A stretch of DNA of 64,000 bases from Callorhinchus milii (Eukaryota): positions 66,776,001 to 66,840,000 of the forward strand of contig NW_024704742.1 of the NCBI RefSeq assembly GCF_018977255.1. The letters are read 5' to 3'. Positions 12,984-28,137 of this stretch are shown here, piece after piece. Each line of letters opens with the position of its first letter. The stretch's first letter is position 1. The position numbers and the translations under genes are program-made. The notes beneath the pieces are model-generated. The model worked only from the letters and a program-made list of their open reading frames with translations. It did not search any database and was not told the DNA's origin.

Positions 12984-15439
12984 TGGATTAAGTACTCTCT
13001 GATCGTTACCGTATCAAACTGCAAGCTTCCAAAAGATAAAAAGCCCCAACACCATCAAAAGATTTCATCCACAAAATATACAGCCAATTCACCTTACACT
13101 ATACGCTGTGAAGCGCTTTGAGACGTCTCGGAGACATGATAAGGCACTATATCAAACGCAAGGATTAATATTAATTATTATTAACTCCCCTTAAGTTGCC
13201 CCAATCTGTGTGAGGAGAGTGGGACTGGGATGAGTTCTGGTTTGGTAAGCACAGCATTTCTATATGATCCAGTGTTATTTTCTTAATATTTTTTGTTTCA
13301 CAGGGGAAATGAGTTGGCGCTGAGTGTTTCAAAGCAACTGTTGTCAGCACTTGGCGTTTTAACATTTGCTGACAAATCGTTAACCTCAATTGAACGACAT
13401 TTGAACAACTTTTAAGATTCCCCCCTTTCCCTTTCTCTCTCTCTCTGTCTCTCTGTCTCTCTTGTGCGATGTTGGTCTGGCATCCCAATCCCCGCAATCC
13501 TGCGTGAGATTTACATCAACGCTATTTTACATACATGTGTACAATATATTTAGACCCAAAAGAAATTTCGCCCACAACATATACAGTCAAATCGCTTCAT
13601 AGTATATTCTAGGAAGCGCTTTGAGACGTCTCAACGATGTGATAAGGGGCTGTATCAAATGCAAAGAGTATTAATATAACCATATCATTACTGTAATATT
13701 AATTATTATTATAAATACGTGCATCCGTACGCGATCATATAGAGATGAAACTTGAGCCTATTTCTACAGAAAATCGTCTTAGGGAGGGGGTGGGGGGAGG
13801 AGAGAGATCAGGTATGTCTAAATAAATAGCATTGATATAACAAATGTTTATGTTATTTTATTTAAATGCAGAAGAGGGTGAGAAGACGGTGTAAAATGCT
13901 CCCCCTCCCTTCTCGCCAGAATTTGGGCTTATTTAGATGCGATGTATGTGGGGGTTTTTTTTGCACACTCAACAAGACGTAAGAGACGAGAAAAGTTTTT
14001 TTGCGGGGAGGGGAATTTGCATAATAAGCCATTGCTCGCCTCTCTGTGTCCTGTCCACTGTCACTAACTCACTGGTCTGTCTCTCTGAACCCACCTTAAC
14101 TGATATTAAAATAGCAACGCGCTGGTGTTTCGTGGTGTCAGTTTTCAGCGTGAGACTGGACCAGAAACTACACACGTTTAATATCATGCACAATATGTGT
14201 GTAGATATAAAGGAATAAACACCTCAAAGGGGTGGGGGGATCGTTTGTGTGCACGTTAATTTAGGCATAAATCACAATAAAGTCATTACAAGGGACGGGA
14301 CTGTGATCGCGTTGATTGAAATCTAATAGCGGCTTTCAATTTGTCATATTACCAGAGGGACACAGGGGGGTTTGAGTGAAGGCGGGGGCTTCACTGGTCC
14401 CCTGGGCACAACCCATTGATGGTTATAATAATAACGTCCCCCCCCCCAACCCTCACACACTCAACGAAAATTACATCTGATTGTTTCCTCGATTATTTCA
14501 CCGAACTTTTATTTTTTGCTTTGCAGAGGATCATTCCCCACAGTAATTGCAAAAGACACGCATTTCCAAGGGAAGGGGTGTGTGTCTGTGTGTGTGTGTC
14601 TGTGTGTTTGTGGGGGGAGGGGGGGGGGTTATAGACTAAATGAATCTAATTTTCATCTGTGATAACAAAAGCACTTTATTTCGGAGGTGGGGAGGGAGGA
14701 GAGGGTAGAGTGTGAGCAGCAGCTAATTTATCTCGATAAGAGCCCCGCGCTCCAAATTAAGCATAAAGTGTTCGTAAAAAGCAAAACAAAAGTTTTGTTT
14801 TACCTTAAAACGTGCAAATCCATTTTCATTTCCATCATCCTCTTTTTGCACGAGTTTCCAAATTAATTTCCAATCTCCCCCTATATATATATGCATATAT
14901 ATATATAAACGATTTCACCTTAAAACCAAGTTACATTTTTTTAAAAAAATACATTTTTTATATTCTTTTTTATTTAAAAACAAATAAAAAGCGTTAGCAT
15001 TTTTCTAGTATGGTTCACCGGGGAGGTGTGTGCGTGCGTGTGCGTGTGTGTGTGTCATTTTATTTCTTTATAGAAAAAAATCTTCATTTTAAAAACGCTT
15101 AACTTTAATGTTCGATAAAGGGTATGATTTTTTGTTTAAAAAACACGAACCAAAAATCTGAACTTTTTCCAACCAGGACAGGACAACGAGGTGCAAAAAT
15201 GCTAACAGTTGGTACTTAAGCGCAAATTGTTCTTTGTTTGGCGCCTCAATTATTTAAGGAAGCCACCAGCTTCTCTCTCTCTATCTCTCTCCATCCCTCC
15301 CTCCCTCCCTCCCTCCCTCCTCCTCACCCCCAAATAAGGCTATTTAGATGCTTTCCAGATGAGTGGAAAGGCGCTGAAAAAGCCTTGACAGCCAAGTATA
15401 TCAGAGGTAACATCATCCGTCTCTCTGTGATGTAGATTA

Positions 15440-15520
15440 GAGGCTATTAGGGGCGAGGGATTAATTTGTAGCCAATTACAAAACGGTCCTGAATATGAAT
15501 GCATAAATAACATTCAGCCC
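15440..15520 (+). promoter_or_regulatory. Putative NKX1-1 core promoter
   Basis: CCAAT at 15472-15476 and TATA-like CATAAATAA at 15502-15510, plus GGATTAATT, about 370-430 nt upstream of the ATG. Confidence 0.45.
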
Positions 15521-15596
15521 TGTGTGTGTGTGTGTGTGTGTGAGTGAGTGTGTGAGTGAGTGAGTGAATGAGAGAGAGAGAGAGAGAGAGAGAGGG
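15521..15596. repeat. (TG)n-(GAGT)n-(GA)n microsatellite in the probable NKX1-1 5'UTR
   Basis: Seen directly, just downstream of the TATA-like motif. Confidence 0.9.
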
Positions 15597-15876
15597 ACAC
15601 AGCAATGTCGAGAGAAGAGTCCTAAGCGGACAGTGGACTGTGGATAAAACCCCTTTAAAGATCTGGAACACTTTCTGACTCACGTTCACAACTGATCCGA
15701 CGCCAGAGTGGAACCGGATTCAACCCCGACTGATATTACAACAATATTTTTTTTTTTGGGTGGGGGGTGGGAGGGGGGGGGGGGGGTGGGGGGGGGGGGG
15801 AGGAAGGGAGAGAGAGAGAGAGAGAGAGAGAGAAAAAAAAAGAGAAAGACTTATTAAAACAGCGACCGAGTGAGTC

Positions 15877-16339
15877 ATGAATGTGAACCGAGACCAGGTG
15901 CAGACTGGTGACATCTCCTTACCCTCTCCAGCGGTGCCGGAGCCCGTGTCCTGTAACCCGCACAAGGAAGGGATGGAGGTGAGTGGGGACCAGAGACTCC
16001 CAGACAGTGATCCCGCCGCCTTCTCCTGCCCCGACAGCCGGGAGAGACGGGGGGGGGACACGCAAGCCATCTCTGGCCCGGAGGCGGGGGTGGCCGTCCC
16101 CGCTCCGACCTGCAACAGGACCACTCCTTTCTCAGTCTTGGACATTTTGGACCCGAACAAATTTAACAGCGGCAAACGGCGCCCGCAGTGTGGCGTCCCC
16201 CGCAGAGCCGGCGGCGACCACCCGGCCCCGGGGGCCGGGGACAGGGCTGGTGGGGACCCCGCGTTTAGTGCCACTGCAGAGCACACAGCCATCGGCCACA
16301 GCGCTCTGGAGCCGCGCAAGAAACAGTCTGACCCGATCA
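15877..16339 (+). CDS. NKX1-1: NK1 homeobox protein, coding exon 1 (contains eh1/TN Groucho-binding motif)
   Basis: ATG at 15877. GC-rich ORF containing TTPFSVLDILDPNKF, an eh1/tinman-type motif typical of NK1 proteins. Consensus donor ATCA|GTGAGT at 16340 gives a phase-1 intron that matches exon 2. Confidence 0.9.
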
Positions 16340-19300
16340 GTGAGTAACTCTGCTGTTCTCTCCGGGACATTTGTTGTTGTTGTTTTTTTTTTACGCAACG
16401 AAAGATCAGGAATGTGCTTCGCGTTGTCCCTTTGCAATTGCTGGAAGAGATATTTTTAAAAATATTGTATTCCCCCACCCCCACCCCCCCTCCATCCACC
16501 ACCACCCCACCCTCCTCCTCCCATCCCCACCCACCCACCCACCACCATCCCTTCTCCCTCCCCTCCCCTCCCCACCCCCAGCAAAAAGTTATCTACTGTT
16601 TTTTGGGGGTCAGCCAAGTGTCTGCCACATGTGGAAACCCATCACTGTGGTTAAGGGCATCCAAACTGGACTGAGAATCCCACCCATCCCACCTGTACAT
16701 GGAAATCCCAAAGATAGATTGTATATAAAGTAGAAATGTGTGTGTGTACGTATATATTTTTTTAAAAGTTACTTCTAAAAGTATACATATATATATCAGA
16801 GGGTACCATCATCCGTCTCTCTTTCTCGCTCTCCCTCTGTGATGTAGATTATAGGCTTATATACGCAATTATATATATTTGTATATAATTTTAAAACTAT
16901 ATATATATATATATTTACCCTGATATACTTGGCTGTCAGGTATTTTTTAAATAGGGGAAAATAAACAATATTTCTATATTGTTCTGCTGCCTCAGGGTTT
17001 GGGTTCCCACATCCCCATCTCAAAACGTTTTGGGTCCTCTCTCTCTCTTATCTCTCTCTCTCTTTCTCTCTCAGTAAGTTTGCAGTAAACTGCAAAGTGG
17101 AAGCCACTTTTTTTTGTGGTGGAGGGTGCAGGGGGGGGGGGGGGGGCACCGAAGCAACTTCCCATCTGTAAATAAATGTGCAGTGTAAGAGTCTCCCCCT
17201 CTCCCCAACTCTCTCTCCAAACCCGTATCAGCTATTGGGACTCAATCGTGAGTTGCGATGGCTTTTGAGAGGCAGATGTTTTTAAGGTAAGGTTTTTTAA
17301 ACAGCGAGCGTGTCTATTACAAAAATATATATAAAGTTATGCCTATGAACCATGGCTTCGGTGTATCACACGCTAATAATGATAATAAATGATAGCGTTT
17401 AAATATATATATGTATACACATATCGTTATTGATGGTATTAACAATATTATTCATATTATTATTGATGGTTTAGGTCCATTAAGTAAAGATTTGTGATTT
17501 TCAATCTTTGATATCATACTAAAAAGTCCATTTTTTTAAAATACCAATGTGTGGGGCTTCACCAAGACCATGCGATTTCGTGATATATTTAATATTTAAT
17601 ATATTTTTTAAAATCAAATGTTTAGCATAAAAGAAGATGTTGCGTTATTAACTGCCGACAGTAGAGATTCCCTGCAAAATACTTATTATACGGCATTCAG
17701 GTATTATATATATTATGTGTATATATATAGAGAGAGAGGGAGAGAGACAGATTACTTACTGAAAACATACGAATCCCCGCTGTTTAAAAGCGCTTTACAC
17801 ACAATCTTTCAAAGGCATCTCTGGACTTTATCCTTCATGCTTTGGGCGACAGATTCAATTTTCTCTCTCCCCTTCGTTTTTTTTTAGGACGAATCAGACT
17901 AATTGTGACAAAACGCTGGTTATCTCTAGAAAAAACAATTAAATGCTTTCGATTACATTTAAGGTAAAATGTGCTTAGCAACGTTAAAAAGCACTTATAA
18001 TGGCGAAAATCGCCCCCAGAGTGACACACTGAGCCGAGGTGATCGATACTCTATTATCGAGTTCTGCATATCTCTTTCAAACAGCTTGCAAACACTCCTA
18101 AAACGTCTAAATTATAGGGTCAAAATTCGGATAATTACTCGATTAAAACGTATTACAGTTATTAGTGGCGGCTATTGATCGTGTATTGCTTTCGACCCAG
18201 ATTCCAGATTGCAACCTGCACAAGTCTTTCAAAAATATATACATATACCCCCCCCCCCCCACACACACACACACACTCCCCCACCCACACCCCCACACAC
18301 CCACAGACACTAACTTTCTTGCACTGATCTGGTACATTTGAGAACGGGGATTCTTTCAGTCATCAAATATTGCCTTTCTTGGAGCTTAAAGGTGAAGAGA
18401 GAAAAAAAACACAGACGGACAAAAGTTGGTGCGGAATAGGGAATGATGTACTGTATTTCGACTTTTTTTTTTCCTGTTTTGCTCAGTTTCGTTTTGTCGG
18501 ATCTGGGTTTTTTTTTTGCAGGTTTAAGTTGTTTTATGGGGTGGGTGGGAGGGTGGAAACAGTTTGAAAAGAGAAAGATTCGATCGAACGGGATCGAGAT
18601 GTTTTGCAAAATAAACCAACAGCATTTTGGGTTTAAATCATAATTATAAATAAGAACAGTCTGGGAAGGTCATCTCGTCAGTTGTCAGCGTTCCCACGGG
18701 GAGTGTTGTTTTTGTTATATAACACACATAAACACATGGCTCACTTTACACGTTAATTAAATGATAGGAAGGAGTGGGGGGTGGAGGGGGGTGGGGGGGG
18801 GGGGATACAGACAGAAGTTCATAACCATCAGAAACCATCAGAAACGTCGCTGTGATTTGCATTAAAAGTGCTAAACGTTTTCAGGTCCTGTATTATTTTT
18901 GTTCCCCGCGGTCCGCCCTAATGAGGCCCTAATATGATCGCAATTAATTTAAATGTCTCTGCAATTAGTTGGTGGTAATAAGGCGAAATCTGCTTATGTA
19001 GCGACCGATCGTTTTAATTAACGCCGCGTTACATCCCTCTCTCTGTGTGTCTCTCTCTCTCTCTCTCTCTTTCTGCCTTTCTTTTTATAAACCGGATTAC
19101 TTGTGTGTGTGGGGGGTTTCTCGCGAAGCTTTTAGCACTCTTTAAGCAGTACTCTGACGTGCGGCAATATTTTATATTATTGAAACCCGAAGCCAGGAAT
19201 TCGCCCCATATTCCCAAATAATCAGACGCACAGTTCGGTTGCAGCTGTATTTCCAGGTACAGGTAACTGGATGTGTTTCTGCAGATGCAGAGCTGGCGCA

Positions 19301-20440
19301 GAGATTGCTCACAATAAACACGAGGTGATTTCTAACGAGCTCTCGGTGTTGTGCGTTCTCACTTCCAACCCAAACGCAGCGTTCAGGTGGTTCTGGCGGC
19401 GCAAATCGATGAATCTTCGCAAATAACTCGCTGACAATCGCAGGTCATCATCCAAACCATATTGTGGTCCTGACTGATCAGGCAGTGGGGAAGCTGGTCA
19501 GACAGCGATATCAATGGCAGGCTTGTGGTTTTAGCTGGTTACCCCGACACGCACTCTGGGGTCCCCAAACCTGGGCTCTGGCCACCCTGTGCCTAATACT
19601 CTCTGGAATTAGGTAAACAGGATGTGTCCCTCCAGGGAGAGAGTCACATTCCACCCCAACAATCTACCTCTGGGATGTGTAGGTGGGATGGATGGACATG
19701 TGTTTGGCTTTTTGGATGCTCTTCAGCATGGGGATGGGTTTCCGCAGGTACCAGACACACACTCGGTTGACCACCCCCCCCCCCCCCCCCCCCCCCCACA
19801 CCCACCCAAAAAAATCTTAATTTTCAGTTTCCAAGTTGCTCTACAGATGAAGCAAAAAGAGATGTGCAAATAAATATAAGTTAAAAAGCGAAGAAACCAC
19901 CGAACACCCCTCCACACACACACACACACACACACACACAACTATCCAACCGGAGGCTTTAATTGAATAATTTATTTCGGTTTAAAAAAAATCCAGCTGT
20001 TTTCCTTCGAACTTTTTAAAACTGTGGCCAAAAGGAGGCACCGTGTCCCGGTGATTTTTTTTGGCCCCCAATTTGCTCGACTGGTTTAAAATAATGAACA
20101 TAACCCGGTACTGTTACTGAGATAATACGATGGGATCTGAGACACATCCTAATCCGCCTTTAATATCTGTGCTGAAGGTGGAGGTGTGATCCAGAGCAGA
20201 TCAGGAGTCGCTTAGGAACATAAGAACATAAGATTTGCTGGAAAAAGAAGACCCCGATCCACCTGGTTCGCCTCCACCATCCTACCAGTCACTTGACATG
20301 TCGTGTCCCAAACTCTATAAGTTAAATGACATTTTTTTAAAAAAAACCAATCGCTTGGACAAGAGATAATGGGAATTGGCGTTTTACTCTAAACGGTACA
20401 ACTCGCGCAAATTAATCGTTATCAACTTTTTTGGGGGTAA

Positions 20441-22171
<1,731 letters not shown>

Positions 22172-23225
22172 ACAGGGCGACAACAACGCTGGTGTTGGGT
22201 GTGTGGGGGTGGGGTGGGGGGGTGGGGGTGGGGGGGTCTGGGGTGGGTAGATAGGTAGGTATGTGGGGGTGGGGGGGGAGTGCAACGGATTTTTTTTAGA
22301 AAAAATAATATATTTCCCCCCTCCCTCCATCCCCCCAAATTGCTCCATCACACTTCTTTTTAAAAAAAATACGCATCGCTCCCCCCAAATTGTTGCAACC
22401 TGCAACTTTACATTTCCTCCACCACTCTTTAAGTTAAAGACACAAATATATTCCCCCCTCCCCATCCCCCTCCCCTCCCCCTCCCCTCCCCTCCCCCTCC
22501 CCCTCCCAAACAACAATGCAGTAATTCCTTCAAACACTGCTCAAGAAATATATCACCCACAAATTGCTACAATTTCCTCAAGCACTCTTATTTAAAGAAA
22601 AAATAGATATATCTCCCCCCCACCCTCACCCCCCCCCCCCCCAAAAAAAAAATGCTGCAATCTGTAAAGTCACAGTCCCTCAAACACTCTTATTTTACGC
22701 ACCGCATTTATAACAAGGGTATGTGTGTGGGTGTGTGGGTGTGTGGAGGTGCAACAGGTGTTTTTTTAGAAAAGAAAAAATAATATATCTCCCCCCCCAC
22801 CCCACTCGCCCCCCCAAAAAAAAAATATTGCTGCAATCTGCCACATCACAGTCCCTCAACAACGACAGTATACTTATTTATGTTGGCGTTAAATATATAG
22901 TGTAGATTGCCCGTCCTGTGTGAGCAGAGCTCTCTCTCTCTCCGTCTCTCTCTCTCTCTGTCTCTCTCTATCCAGCGCTATGGCTGAGAGATCTGCTGGC
23001 TCACAAAGTCAGTGCAGATCGATTAAACCCAACCACAAGGTGCCAGTGTGTGTGTGTCTGTGTGTACGTGAGGGGGGGGGGGGGGTTATTTTGCAATTAT
23101 TCCAACAAACAGGGGGTCTCTGATGGTCAGGGAAAACAGATGAACAACAACAAAAAAAAACAATTTGCAATAGTGAGCAAAAAAAAAGGGTCACCCTTTG
23201 AAGGTTTTTTTTTAAAAAGATGCCA

Positions 23226-23231
23226 AATAAA
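23226..23231 (+). terminator. Candidate NKX1-1 polyadenylation signal (AATAAA)
   Basis: First AATAAA I noticed after the stop codon. Other candidates exist near 24228 and 25220. Confidence 0.25.
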
Positions 23232-26060
23232 TCCAAGTTGGCAAATGCAGAGAGAGAGAGAAAGAGAAAAAAAACACTCGCTTTCGTGTCACCCAAATGT
23301 GAGTGAGCCGAGCCACGCAATCTTATTGATTTTTATTTGAAAAAGAAACTTATTATTTGAATGTATGGGAGTGTTGGTGACATTGGGGAGCAGCTGAGGG
23401 GATGGGGGGGTGTAGATCTATCCAAACACACGCAGGTTCCCAGGGACCGACCGCTCCTGTAGTGGATCACATGAAATTAACAAAAAAAACGCTCCCAATT
23501 TGGATCCCAAAGCGCTAACGTTTCCATCAAAATCTTCAGTGAGAAAACACGGCATCCGACACACACACACACACACACACACACAGAGAAATAATATTAA
23601 TAGTGACTCGGATCCTACAGAGATCACAGAGATTGATACAAAACGTGTCGGGGTGAAAGTTCCGTTCCCCGGGACATCACTGCGACTCCTGTTTTTATAT
23701 ATACTGTATATTATTTCGCACAAGTTTATTGATAACAACGATTTTTTTTGGGGGGAAGGAGGGGAATTAAATGTCACCGCGATCCTGTGTATAAACCTTG
23801 ACAAAGCTGTGTATGTGTGGGGGGATGTTTCATGAATTAGGATACAGGGATATAGGAATGTCTCTGTAAAAAGGAAAGTGTCCCAATCCTCTTAAGTCAT
23901 TTAAACTTTTAAATAGTTTGTTTGTTTAAAGGGACATTTCCCTACGTGTTGCCCAGCTCCACTGTTCCACATTATTCTAAAGAATTATCAATTGTAATTA
24001 TCAATATATAATTATCAATTACAGGTGAATCGATCACCAACTTTTTTTTAATGCCACAGAATTTCAGAAACGATTCTGCTTAAAATGTCCTGATTTCGGT
24101 TTCTCTGATTGAATTGCTTCCTTAACCGAAAGTGCAAGGTTTACTGGTTACCTCCTCTGTTTTCTCTCACCCTCCCCAGGAGAGAGAGAGAGAGAGAGAG
24201 AGAAAAAAAATAGCAATACAGGAAACTAATAAAAAAAAATCCCTTTGCAAATAACGCTGAGAATTTCGCCCACAAAATATAGTCAACTCACTTTATAGTA
24301 TGTTCTGTGAAGTGTGGAAAGGAGGGGAAATTAGGTGATTATTTGCCTCTTACCCCCTCCACACACACACACACACACACACACACAGTCACGACCAGAC
24401 CAGATCCCTTTTTTACTTTAAAAAAATCCGATTCCGAATCAAGCGATAGGCAAACCCAGATCTTCCAAAGTTATACTGAGACTTCAACAACAAAATAACA
24501 TGGAGAAGGAAGAGGGGAAAGTGTGTGTGTGTGTGTGTGTGTGTGCATTTGTGTCAGTGTGTGGAGGGGGCGGTTAAAAGAGAGACAGAGAGAGACAGAG
24601 AGTGAGAGAGATGCGTTTTATTTCACTGTTAATTAGAATTAATTCACCATCAAACAGAGAATTGCACATCATTTTGCTCTATTCTGGCGATTGCCACTCA
24701 ATTGTTGAACCCCCCCCCCCACCCCACACACACACATCCTCACCAACACAAAAGTGGAGTCGACTTAAACAAATGAGAGGGTCGCTTTGAACTTGAAATA
24801 ACCTGCAAAACAAGAACTCGTGCCACGGATTGTTTGGTCTGTTTTCTATTTATTCCTTTTCTCGCAGTCTGTCTGCAAAAAATACTTTAACGTAGTGCTT
24901 AGTAGAACCAGTCTGATCAAAGCAGAACAGATTTCTATTTGTCTTTTATTATTATTGCTATAATATTGTTGTATCTCTGTCTTCTGTAAAAAAAAGAGTA
25001 ACACACATTTCCAAGTCTCAGGGTAAATAGATTTACAGTCGTGGGGGTAACAGATCTGCAGGTAACAGGCAAAGGGAAATAATTATTCATTACTTGAATT
25101 ACAATTTGTGTGTAAATATTTACTGTATATATATTTAAAAAGGGAAATCAGACGTGGGACTAAACATGATCTGGAAGAATCCTGAATCACTAAACTACAC
25201 CATACTTTTGTTTAAAGAAATAAATAAATATAATGAACGTGAAGTAGTGCCAGAAAACACGGCCACAATCTGTTGGGATGGATTTTTTTTTCTCTCCTCT
25301 CTCATTTTTATCATTGCATATTTATGATGTCCTATGGTTGGATTTGTAATTGATGTCACTTATGGAAAAGAGCGGCATTGCCGCAATTATATGGTGAAAC
25401 ATAACGAAAGAGCACTTTGGTAGCTGAAAATAAATACTTTAAAAAAGAAATGAACAATCAATAAAAAAATGAGTCTATGCTAAACCTTCCAGTTGGCTTC
25501 TTGTGTTTGTTGTATGCCCTTTATAGGTTATTGTACAGGGGGTAACATAGACTTGTGGAGAGAGGATCTGTCACCTCATTATTAACAGCAAGTCACACCC
25601 AACACACCTTTTGCGGTCCCCATTGCCAATCTATATGTATATATGTGTGTGTATGTGTGTGTAAACATATATATGGTGTGTATACAGTATCTGCTGTGTG
25701 CAATTGGCTGCCGCATTTCGCTTACAAAACAGTCAATTCACTTTACAGTTTATTCTGTGAAATGCTTTGAGACGTCTCAAAGACGTGATAAGGTGCTATA
25801 TCAAATGCAAGGATTATTATCTTGTGTGTTTGTATATATAATATATAACTTGTGTATGTATATATATCTTGTCCGTATATATACACTGTATATATATATA
25901 TATATGTACATTTCCCTTCAGTCTAATCTGCTGCTGTCTCACACAGCGTCATTCACTGTGTCCTCTTTCGTTCTCCAACTCTTTCATTCGCAGATAAAAC
26001 AACTATTTCCTTTGGGGGAATAGATATTGCTCCCCCCTACCTCTGCAACCTTTTAACCCA

Positions 26061-26345
26061 CAGTGGGCTCCAGCCTGCTTCACGTCCCCCGCATCTCCCG
26101 CCCCACCATTGGTGGTCGGGCCTTCAACCACTCTGCCCCCACCCTCTGGAACTCCATCCCGCAGTCCCTCTGCCTCGCCCCCTCGCTTGCCTCCTTGAAG
26201 ACCCATCTCAAGATCCTCCTCTTTGACCATGCCTTTGATCACCCTTCTTTCCTGCCCTCCACCCTCCCCAATCCTGACCCCCGTCTCGGGTTCGAAACAT
26301 TGATTGGTCCTGCGGCTTGGGATGTTTTTCTGACGTGAAAAGGTC
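26061..26345 (+). mobile_element. L2 LINE 3' fragment
   Basis: [32 protein letters not shown]...LKTHLK. Confidence 0.85.
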
Positions 26346-26361
26346 TAGACACATGTAATTT

Positions 26362-26780
26362 TGGTGTATATATATATTAGTATATTGCGTGTATGTATAT
26401 ATGGTGTATATATTGTGTGTTTGTGTATATATAGTGTGTATAGGTATATATATATTGTGTGTTTGTGTATATATATTAGTGTGTACAGGTATATACATGT
26501 TGTGTGTTTGTGTATATATACATATATTGTATATATACGTATATATGTTGTGTCTATATATAGTGTGCTTGTATATATACATATTGTGTATGTGTATATA
26601 TATTGCGTGTATGTATATACATAGTGTGTGTATATATGTGTGTATATATACTATTTACTTGTATATATACATATTGTGTGATTGTATATATACATTTTGT
26701 GTGATGTATATACATTGTGTATATATGTGTGTATATATATTGTGTGTATATATAGTGTGTTTGTATATATAGTATATATC
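26362..26780. repeat. Degenerate (TA)/(TG) low-complexity repeat
   Basis: Alternating purine-pyrimidine TATATG/TGTGTA tract. Confidence 0.9.
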
Positions 26781-27772
26781 TTATGTGATAATACAAAAGA
26801 TAAAATAACATATTTTTAAAAATAGCCAAAACGTTTTAAATCTATGAATAAATCCCTCAGCCCAGACTCACCCACTTTGCTGACTAGTTCTCACACATGT
26901 TTATGTATAATTTGAATTTTTTCTTCATTCTCACCATTGCTATATAAACCAATAATAGTTAAATATTTCCACATTATTTGCATGATTTGTACATTTTATT
27001 TGAGCAAACATGCAGCGGAATTTAAAAATAATAGGAAAAAAAGTTGTTAGATTCTTCAGAATAATTGTCCTCACTTTTTTTACGTTTTATTGTAAGCATA
27101 TTTTGCATTGTATTCCCTTCCCCCAAGTTTATTTATTCATCATCTAATTCCTTGTTTTCCCACGTTTCTCAAAATTGTGTCATATTTACTTTGCTTGTCG
27201 CTTTTACTTTAATTTTTTTAATTAAAAAAAATCCTACCCTGTGTAAAAAACATTTTAATTTCACCTCCTTTCTTAGGGTTTATGTGTGGATATATTTACA
27301 GTTTCTTATCTCACTGTTAAACTGTTGGGAAAATTACAGTCAACTTTATGCATGAAGCAACTTTTTGAAACTCTTGTCCTTGGACAAGGATCTATCTGGC
27401 TGTAAAAACACCCAAAATACCTGCCCATTTGGGAGTGAGGGGGGTGGGTGCGTGGGAGGGAGAGAATCCTTAACTATTATAAGAGATTTCATTTATGAAG
27501 CTAATTATTTATGATTAATATTTCTTTGAATCCTGTCACCATGATCTTGCTACTAATCATATTAAACACTCTGCTGAAAACATTGCACTTCCCTTAATTT
27601 AGCAAGGGTTATTATAAGAGTATTAATATGAGTGCAATTTGCCCACAAAACAGTCAATTCACTTTACAGTATATTCTGTGAAGAGCTTTGAGATGCCTGA
27701 ATGATGTGATACTACGATATATCAAATGCAAGGATTATTATTATTATTAGAATTTGCTGTGCTCCCAACAGT

Positions 27773-28137
27773 GGAGTCCCGTAATGTTGTGGTTAGAGCA
27801 CTCGTCTGGCAAGTGTGAGGACCCAGGTTTGATTCCGGGCTGCGGCAAAATTTTAGGCAAGTTTCCTTACTCCACATGCCTCTGTTTACCTAGCAATAAG
27901 TAGGAACCTGGTTGTTAGTCGATTGGCAGATCGCTTTCTGGGGTTACTAGTCCTTTAAAAAAAATTGTTCATTCAATCCACGACTGTTTGTGGGACACTG
28001 CTGTGCGCAATTGGTTGCCACGCTTCGCCCTCAAAATGTACAGTCAATTCACTTTGCAGTATATTCTGTGAAACGGTTTGAGATAACTCAACGATGTAAT
28101 AAGGCGCTATATCAATGCAAGAATTATTATTATTATT
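27773..28137 (+). mobile_element. Full-length SINE: tRNA head, Meta-like segment, Deu 3' part
   Basis: Head GGAGTCCCGTAATGTTGTGGTTAGAGC; GGCAAGTTTCCTTACTCCACATGCCTCTGTTTACCTAGC; Deu core; (ATT)n tail. Confidence 0.88.

Noticed and set aside
15720..16538. 272-aa antisense ORF over NKX1-1 exon 1 (also the 261-aa antisense ORF at 21380-22165)
   Set aside because: Shadow ORFs expected from GC-rich coding sequence; no recognisable domain.
26208..26829. Y/I/C/V-rich ORFs
   Set aside because: Low-complexity TA/TG repeat translations.
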